A stretch of DNA of 64,000 nt from a virus (Duplodnaviria > Heunggongvirae > Uroviricota > Caudoviricetes). Shown piece by piece: positions 59,110-64,000 of the stretch. Under the pieces are notes generated by a model that did no database searches, was not told the DNA's origin, and saw only the letters and a list, made by a program, of their open reading frames with translations. The stretch's first letter is position 1, and every line of letters begins with the position of its first letter. The DNA is taken from the IMG/VR virus record IMGVR_UViG_3300032335_000499, one strand, 5' to 3'. The position numbers and the translations under genes are program-made.

Positions 59110-59229
59110 ATGAAAGAACTTATTAACACCCAAACAGCCGCAGTTGTTATGCTAGCTCCGGCTCTAGCGTATGTTACATATAAGCTAGCACTTGAAATTT
59201 GGTGTATTGCTTATGGTTTAATTTACTAA
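59110..59229 (+). CDS. 39-aa hydrophobic (membrane) peptide (not in ORF track)
   Basis: GAGGA RBS; MKELINTQTAAVVMLAPALAYVTYKLALEIWCIAYGLIY*. Confidence 0.6.
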   Translation: MKELINTQTAAVVMLAPALAYVTYKLALEIWCIAYGLIY

Positions 59230-59247
59230 CAGCCAAAGGAGGCTACT

Positions 59248-59610
59248 ATGAAGAAGATTGTTTCACTTATTACACTTGCTGCAATGCTTGCAGTTTCTAC
59301 TCCAGCTGTTGCTAACGGACGACACAATGATAATCGTTGGGGCGTAGACAGCAATCGTAATAGCCCTTATCACGGCAGACATAACCGAAACAACAACCGA
59401 ATCAACACCGGAGAAGCAGTTGCTATCGGCATCGGTGCCTTGATTTTGGGCGCTGCTATTGCAAATAATAATCGCAATCGTCAGGTTGTCGAGCGATACG
59501 AGTATCCGCAGCAGCGTCGCCAGCCGCAACAAGTGTGTCAGGATGTTATCAGATACGACACATATACCGGCGAACCTTACATAGCTGGCCGTAACTGCTG
59601 GTATCAATAA
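59248..59610 (+). CDS. secreted/periplasmic small protein with glycine-zipper-like helix
   Basis: AGGAGG RBS; Sec-type signal peptide (MKKIVSLITLAAMLAVSTPAVA); AVAIGIGALILGAAIA; C-terminal Cys pair. Confidence 0.7.
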   Translation: MKKIVSLITLAAMLAVSTPAVANGRHNDNRWGVDSNRNSPYHGRHNRNNNRINTGEAVAIGIGALILGAAIANNNRNRQVVERYEYPQQRRQPQQVCQDVIRYDTYTGEPYIAGRNCWYQ

Positions 59611-59750
59611 TGAAGCGTCCCGCTAAACATGAAATTGGAAGACTTGATCGCTGGATAAAGTATTTTCATGGTTCTGTTCTTACCCAAGAGCAGATTAAAG
59701 AACGAGCAAATCAATTGACTCGTGCAGGAAAAGACCCAGGTACAGTATAA
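59610..59750 (+). CDS. 46-aa hypothetical protein (not in ORF track)
   Basis: TAATG overlap with the upstream stop; MKRPAKHEIGRLDRWIKYFHGSVLTQEQIKERANQLTRAGKDPGTV*. Confidence 0.55.
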   Translation: MKRPAKHEIGRLDRWIKYFHGSVLTQEQIKERANQLTRAGKDPGTV

Positions 59751-59751
59751 T

Positions 59752-59904
59752 ATGGTGGTTTGTAGTTGCCGAGATATTAGAGACTCGCAGTACAACAATA
59801 AGGAAGAACTTATTGCTCGGCTGCTACAAGACGATTATTGTTGTGGTACATGCATCGAAGATTTATCACCTTGTACAAAAAAATGTCTTGACAACGTAGA
59901 CTAA
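59752..59904 (+). CDS. Bfd-like [2Fe-2S] small protein
   Basis: MVVCSCRDIRDSQ...CCGTC matches the M-x-V-C-x-C...C-G-x-C Bfd pattern. Start reassigned from 59722 to ATG 59752. Confidence 0.6.
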   Translation: MVVCSCRDIRDSQYNNKEELIARLLQDDYCCGTCIEDLSPCTKKCLDNVD

Positions 59905-59918
59905 ACCGTATATAAATA
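59888..59918 (+). promoter_or_regulatory. composite sigma70-type and late promoter for tmRNA
   Basis: TTGACA (59888)-17 nt-TATAAA, where the -10 box is also TATAAATA (59911-59918). Confidence 0.7.
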
Positions 59919-59922
59919 GATT

Positions 59923-60225
59923 ATCAGTTGATGACAATCAACAGTAAAGGCGGAAAGACCGGGGTTCGACTCCCCGCACCTCCACCATAGATACATTTGC
60001 CCTGAGTGGCTCGGATATTGCTATAGCAACCGAATAACTGAAAAGTGTATCTATGATGGGGGTGACCTGGATATCGATTTTCGTATAATAGGGCGGTTCG
60101 AGACTGATTGACTGGCAAAGTGCCGCAAAACGTAAATGCAAACGATAACAATGCATATGAAGGTCTTGCGCTAGCCGCATGATTTTTCGGGGTATGGGCA
60201 CCGCCTAGCAACAGAAAGGGCCCAC
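59923..60225 (+). ncRNA. ssrA: circularly permuted (two-piece) tmRNA, tag ANDNNAYEGLALAA
   Basis: The T-arm CGGGG-TTCGACT-CCCCG plus CACCTCC-A-CCA (ends 59987) lies upstream of the 5' strand GGGGGTG (60058-60064), giving a 7-bp acceptor stem with G3.U70. Tag frame is 60138-60182. Outer ends are approximate. Confidence 0.92.
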
Positions 60226-60240
60226 TCTACTCTCACACTG

Positions 60241-60248
60241 TATAAATA
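60241..60248 (+). promoter_or_regulatory. late promoter TATAAATA, 4 nt before ATG
   Basis: Exact T4 late consensus, intergenic, no SD. Confidence 0.65.
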
Positions 60249-60252
60249 CAAC

Positions 60253-63180
60253 ATGGACATTAATGAACTCGAATCATTTAACATGGCAGATGCGGTAGCG
60301 TTTCACGAGGAACTGAACCCAAAACTTTGGGAAAACGAAAAGCTTGACCCAGAAGTCCGTGATCAATTACTATTGATTGCAGAAGACTTTGTAGAATATT
60401 TGGGTATTAGCAATCTTAAAGTTAGAGACGTTACTCTTAGCGGAAGTAATGCTGCCTATTCATACACTCCTCATAGTGATTTAGACTTACACGTACTAGT
60501 AGACTTTAACGAACTACCAAACAACGAAGTCTACCAAGAACTATTCACTGCTAAGAAAACACTATATAATGATGCCCACGACATTACAGTTCGTGAAGTT
60601 CCGGTAGAATTATATGTACAAGATACTAACAACCCAGTGCAATCATTAGGCGAATACAGTATTGTTCACGATAAGTGGATTCGTATTCCTAAAAAGCGTA
60701 GAGCAAACTTTGATCAAACTGCTACTAAGCTAAAATATGAGAAACTAGGCGAACTTATTGAGTTAGCACTAAAGACTAAAGATCCTAAAAGAGTTAATGA
60801 TACTATTGCTTTAGTCAAGCGTTATCGCAAATCTGGCTTAGACAAAGCCGGCGAGTTCGGTCCCGAAAATCTAGCGTATAAGGCAGTTAGAAAGCAGGGT
60901 TTAGTGCAAGCCCTACACGACCTTAAAGTACAATTGCATACTGAAAAGTTAAGCATTGAAGAATCGGACGATAAGCAAGCAGCAGTGCTTAAGATTCAGA
61001 AACATTTGAATAAGAAGTATGGCGCTAACCTTGACCTTGATGGTAAGTTAGGTCCGTTGACGCTCAAATCAATCAACAAGTTTATGCCTAAAGCAAAGAC
61101 TGGATTAGCTGATGAGCCTAACAAGACAACAGCCGTGCAAGGTAAGAAGCTTAAAGAAGCACCAAGAACATTTCAGCCTCAGACAACTCCGATTCAAGAG
61201 TTGATTTCTGATTATAATTATTTCACATCCTTTGGTACTGTTCACTTAGAAAAGCAGGGCAAGACTCCAGAAGCACAAAAAGAACTATTAGCATTGGTTC
61301 AGCGATTACAAAAAGATGCTAAAGTTTTTGGTTCTGTTGTGCGTGATAAGAAAAAGATGGAAGCAAATCGTGACACCATATTGACTCACATCTATCAGAT
61401 GATGACCTATGCTATTCCTATCTTGAAGAAGAATCTTCCTGCTGATGACTGGGAGGCAAAGCGTAGTCAGATTAACTCGGTACTCACATCATACAATAAT
61501 GTTAGACAGATTAACGAAGCCTCAGATTACAATCAACATGAAAATGAAATAGAAGGTTTCGTACAGTCATTGAATCCCGACGATGTTGGTGTAGAACAGA
61601 TTGGTCCGTATCACGTTCATTTTGAAGGGTTTACGGACGAGTGCCAGCAAGACGCAGAAAGACGCTGCAATCTACCATCAGATAGTCCGCAACACTTAGC
61701 AAACTATGATGATGTTTATAAAGAAGTCATACGAGACTTTGTTAGGCGTGAAGGTGGCAAGAAGCCGCTAAAAGTTGGCTTTGCTGGATATCAAGATTAC
61801 CCTGTTGTATATGCGGTGTTCGACAATCCTGAACCATATAAGAATCCAGATGCTTGGAATCCAAAAATAGACGAAGAACAAGAGCGCCACCCGTATCCAT
61901 ACGGGTATTGGATAGATATAACCGGTGAGGTCGTTCCCGTAGAAACTTATAATGGACATGGAACGGTAGGCAGAGCCATAATGCAAAAGCACGACCGAAG
62001 AACCAAAAAAGGCACAATCGGTGACTCACTAAATCTATTCTATTCTGGTGCTATTAGGGTAGTAACATATAATTATCCTGATATGGAAGTTGAAGTATGC
62101 GAGCCTAACATTAAAGCTGCAAGAAGCCTAACTAGATTATTAAGAGATATTCAACCAAATACAGTGTATTATGAAAACAATTGTAAGATGGGTGTTGATC
62201 CGCAAAGCGGATCCTGGCAAGAAGCATCTAGATGGCTTATGCAACAAGCTGTAGAACCTGACTATTATGGTAAGATAGCGCAGGATAAGTACGGTACAAA
62301 AAATGAATTGGTTAAAGAAGCATCAGGATATATTCCATCAGCAAAAGAGAAGAACGATCCTCGATTCAAAACTGCCCTCACAGTAGATGTAAAGCCAGAC
62401 GCAATCAAGAAGAACGCTAAGGCATTTGGCTTCAAGACTTCTAGAGCAGGTATTCCTCCCCAAGCCAGAGCAGACGGAAAGATTGCAGAAGACCTAATGC
62501 GAGAGTTTAAAACTTTCTTGGGTGAGCAGCAGGAAGAAATGTTTCCGGGCTATGATGAACAGCACAGAGAAAAGCGTTTAGGCAATTGGTTAGCTAAGTC
62601 TTGGGGTGTCCAGAACGGCAAGCCACAGACATTCTATCACGCTACTACCAAAGACTTTGACACATTCAATACTAGTGGAACAGGTTTCGCTAGTGCGCTA
62701 GGTATGGCATATGAAGTAGAGCGTCACGGTTCCTTCTTCGCAGTGGACCCAAAGTTTGCTGAAGGCTTCATTGAAGATCCAAACACAGGCAGAGTCAAAG
62801 AAGGAGGCAGAATTCTTCCGGTACACCTATCGATCCAATCACCGATTGATTTGCGTGACGATGCACTATCAAGAATGCTGAGTGATGAGGAAACTGTAGA
62901 CGAATTCAAAGCTAACGGCATTGACCTCCGCTCAATCTACAATCACTTTTATGAACTTGAACGTTGGGAACTGTTTGACGGTCCCGAAGGTGCAGAGTTT
63001 ATTGATAACCTACAGAAGCTGGGCTTTGATGGGGCAATCATCAACGAAGCAATACCTAACAATAGTAACGCTAAGTCCGGTCAAGTCTGGGTCGCATTCA
63101 GTCCTAATCAAGTAAAGTCAGTTTACAATCGCGGATCATTTTCCCCTGACGATGCTAGGCTAACCAAAGAAAGCGGTTGA
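60253..63180 (+). CDS. polyvalent protein: Pol-beta-superfamily nucleotidyltransferase, PG-binding domain and C-terminal ADP-ribosyltransferase-like domain
   Basis: GSNAAYSYTPHSDLDLH and VELYVQD (GS...DxD...acidic); VLKIQKHL...LDGKLGPLT PG-binding pattern; FYHAT...GSFFA...PVHLSIQSP...GFDGAI...WVAFSPNQVKS ART-PolyVal-like pattern. Confidence 0.7.
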   Translation: MDINELESFNMADAVAFHEELNPKLWENEKLDPEVRDQLLLIAEDFVEYLGISNLKVRDVTLSGSNAAYSYTPHSDLDLHVLVDFNELPNNEVYQELFTAKKTLYNDAHDITVREVPVELYVQDTNNPVQSLGEYSIVHDKWIRIPKKRRANFDQTATKLKYEKLGELIELALKTKDPKRVNDTIALVKRYRKSGLDKAGEFGPENLAYKAVRKQGLVQALHDLKVQLHTEKLSIEESDDKQAAVLKIQKHLNKKYGANLDLDGKLGPLTLKSINKFMPKAKTGLADEPNKTTAVQGKKLKEAPRTFQPQTTPIQELISDYNYFTSFGTVHLEKQGKTPEAQKELLALVQRLQKDAKVFGSVVRDKKKMEANRDTILTHIYQMMTYAIPILKKNLPADDWEAKRSQINSVLTSYNNVRQINEASDYNQHENEIEGFVQSLNPDDVGVEQIGPYHVHFEGFTDECQQDAERRCNLPSDSPQHLANYDDVYKEVIRDFVRREGGKKPLKVGFAGYQDYPVVYAVFDNPEPYKNPDAWNPKIDEEQERHPYPYGYWIDITGEVVPVETYNGHGTVGRAIMQKHDRRTKKGTIGDSLNLFYSGAIRVVTYNYPDMEVEVCEPNIKAARSLTRLLRDIQPNTVYYENNCKMGVDPQSGSWQEASRWLMQQAVEPDYYGKIAQDKYGTKNELVKEASGYIPSAKEKNDPRFKTALTVDVKPDAIKKNAKAFGFKTSRAGIPPQARADGKIAEDLMREFKTFLGEQQEEMFPGYDEQHREKRLGNWLAKSWGVQNGKPQTFYHATTKDFDTFNTSGTGFASALGMAYEVERHGSFFAVDPKFAEGFIEDPNTGRVKEGGRILPVHLSIQSPIDLRDDALSRMLSDEETVDEFKANGIDLRSIYNHFYELERWELFDGPEGAEFIDNLQKLGFDGAIINEAIPNNSNAKSGQVWVAFSPNQVKSVYNRGSFSPDDARLTKESG

Positions 63181-63205
63181 CTTATGCCCAAAACTAATGT
63201 AGTGT
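63177..63205 (+). promoter_or_regulatory. possible sigma70-type promoter
   Basis: TTGACT-17 nt-TAGTGT, 6 nt before ATG 63212. Confidence 0.45.
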
Positions 63206-63211
63206 AAGAAT

Positions 63212-63472
63212 ATGAGCAAGACATTTAACACTGCATTAGAAGCTAGGGATATCATCATAGACCTGCGCATACAGTTGAATAGACTGCCATACAATCCTGA
63301 CCTCAGGAAACTCTGCAACAACATCGGCGAAATGAATTCTACCCTTAGCCGACTCGAAGTTGAAGCACGCCAAACTCGCAAGACCCACAAAGTTGACGCA
63401 CATAAGGAAGATATGATTAAGGCTATCAAGCACCTTGAGCATCTTATCCTTATGGCAAAACTGATGGCATAA
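63212..63472 (+). CDS. hypothetical helical protein
   Basis: 86-aa ORF on the coding strand between two promoter motifs. Confidence 0.65.
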   Translation: MSKTFNTALEARDIIIDLRIQLNRLPYNPDLRKLCNNIGEMNSTLSRLEVEARQTRKTHKVDAHKEDMIKAIKHLEHLILMAKLMA

Positions 63473-63500
63473 AAAAATATCCACTAAGGCGAAAAAGTGG

Positions 63501-63529
63501 TTGACAATACCCTCATAATATCGTATAAC
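63501..63529 (+). promoter_or_regulatory. sigma70-type promoter
   Basis: TTGACA-17 nt-TATAAC with an A-rich upstream tract. Confidence 0.75.
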
Positions 63530-63589
63530 AAGATATAGAGAGCAAGAAAGCAAACACTCTCTACGTTGTTTAATTTAGGAGCTAAAATT

Positions 63590-64000
63590 ATGTCTCAGAT
63601 TTCAGATAATCTCACTATCACTTCAATTCAAGCCCGCAAGGCGATGCTTACTGCATTTAAGGTAAAGCGTCCTGTCTTTCTTTGGGGCCCTCCCGGCATC
63701 GGTAAGTCCGAATGCGTTCAAGATATCACTGACGAACTCGGTGGTTACATGGTCGATTTGCGTATGGCGCAGATGGAACCAACTGACATTCGCGGTATCC
63801 CTTACTTCAATAAGGAAATCGGTAAGATGGATTGGGCCGAGCCTGTCGATCTTCCTAGCGAAGAACTCGCTGCACAGTACCCGATTGTTGTTCTCTTCCT
63901 TGACGAAATGAACTCCGCTCCCCCTGCTGTTCAGGCTGCTGGTTATCAGCTTATTCTGAACCGTCGTGTTGGTAAGTACAAGTTGCCTGATAACGTTGTT
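63590..64000 (+). CDS. MoxR-like AAA+ ATPase, 3'-truncated (not in ORF track)
   Basis: AGGAG RBS; Walker A WGPPGIGKS, EPTDIRGIP, Walker B VLFLDEMNSA, QLILNRRVG. Confidence 0.88.
   Translation, partial: MSQISDNLTITSIQARKAMLTAFKVKRPVFLWGPPGIGKSECVQDITDELGGYMVDLRMAQMEPTDIRGIPYFNKEIGKMDWAEPVDLPSEELAAQYPIVVLFLDEMNSAPPAVQAAGYQLILNRRVGKYKLPDNVV

Noticed and set aside
59960-59987. tRNA-like T-arm and CCA as a stand-alone tRNA or attP remnant
   Set aside because: No anticodon arm upstream; it pairs with the downstream GGGGGTG and is explained as the tmRNA acceptor piece.
59924-60211. Minus-strand ORFs 59924..60211 and 59938..60201
   Set aside because: They are antisense to the tmRNA.
1-63472. None of the called genes ends in TAG, raising possible stop-codon recoding
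   Set aside because: Genes are intact under the standard code with no TAG-interrupted frames, and TAG is normally rare in AT-rich phages, so absence in under 40 genes is weak evidence.

Overview
This 64-kb window comes from a large AT-rich myovirus-type (T4-like or jumbo) phage, with every credible gene on the + strand. The host is probably an alphaproteobacterium, judging from a permuted two-piece tmRNA with an ANDN...LAA tag and an alphaproteobacterial-style SufT. 1-35 kb is the baseplate and tail module: a hub fragment, a gp5-like spike, gp25- and gp6-like wedge proteins, a 6618-aa modular structural protein and two fibres. 35-59 kb is a ~24-kb biosynthetic island behind late-type promoter motifs. 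It encodes seven radical SAM enzymes (five with an N-terminal twitch-like domain, one with a C-terminal Cys cluster, one B12-binding), a SufT-like Fe-S maturation factor, at least five glycosyltransferase-like proteins, two SGNH-like proteins, an atypical UDP-glucose dehydrogenase, a NodU-type carbamoyltransferase preceded by a 34-aa peptide, and a 1445-aa Trp/Pro repeat protein ending in a pseudo-glycosyltransferase. This island is the best candidate for an undescribed system, inferred to build a heavily tailored glycan, probably for the virion. 59-64 kb holds small genes behind sigma70-type promoters, a Bfd-like ferredoxin, the permuted tmRNA, a polyvalent nucleotidyltransferase / PG-binding / ADP-ribosyltransferase protein and the start of a MoxR-like ATPase. 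All assignments are from motif recognition by eye; no database searches were run.
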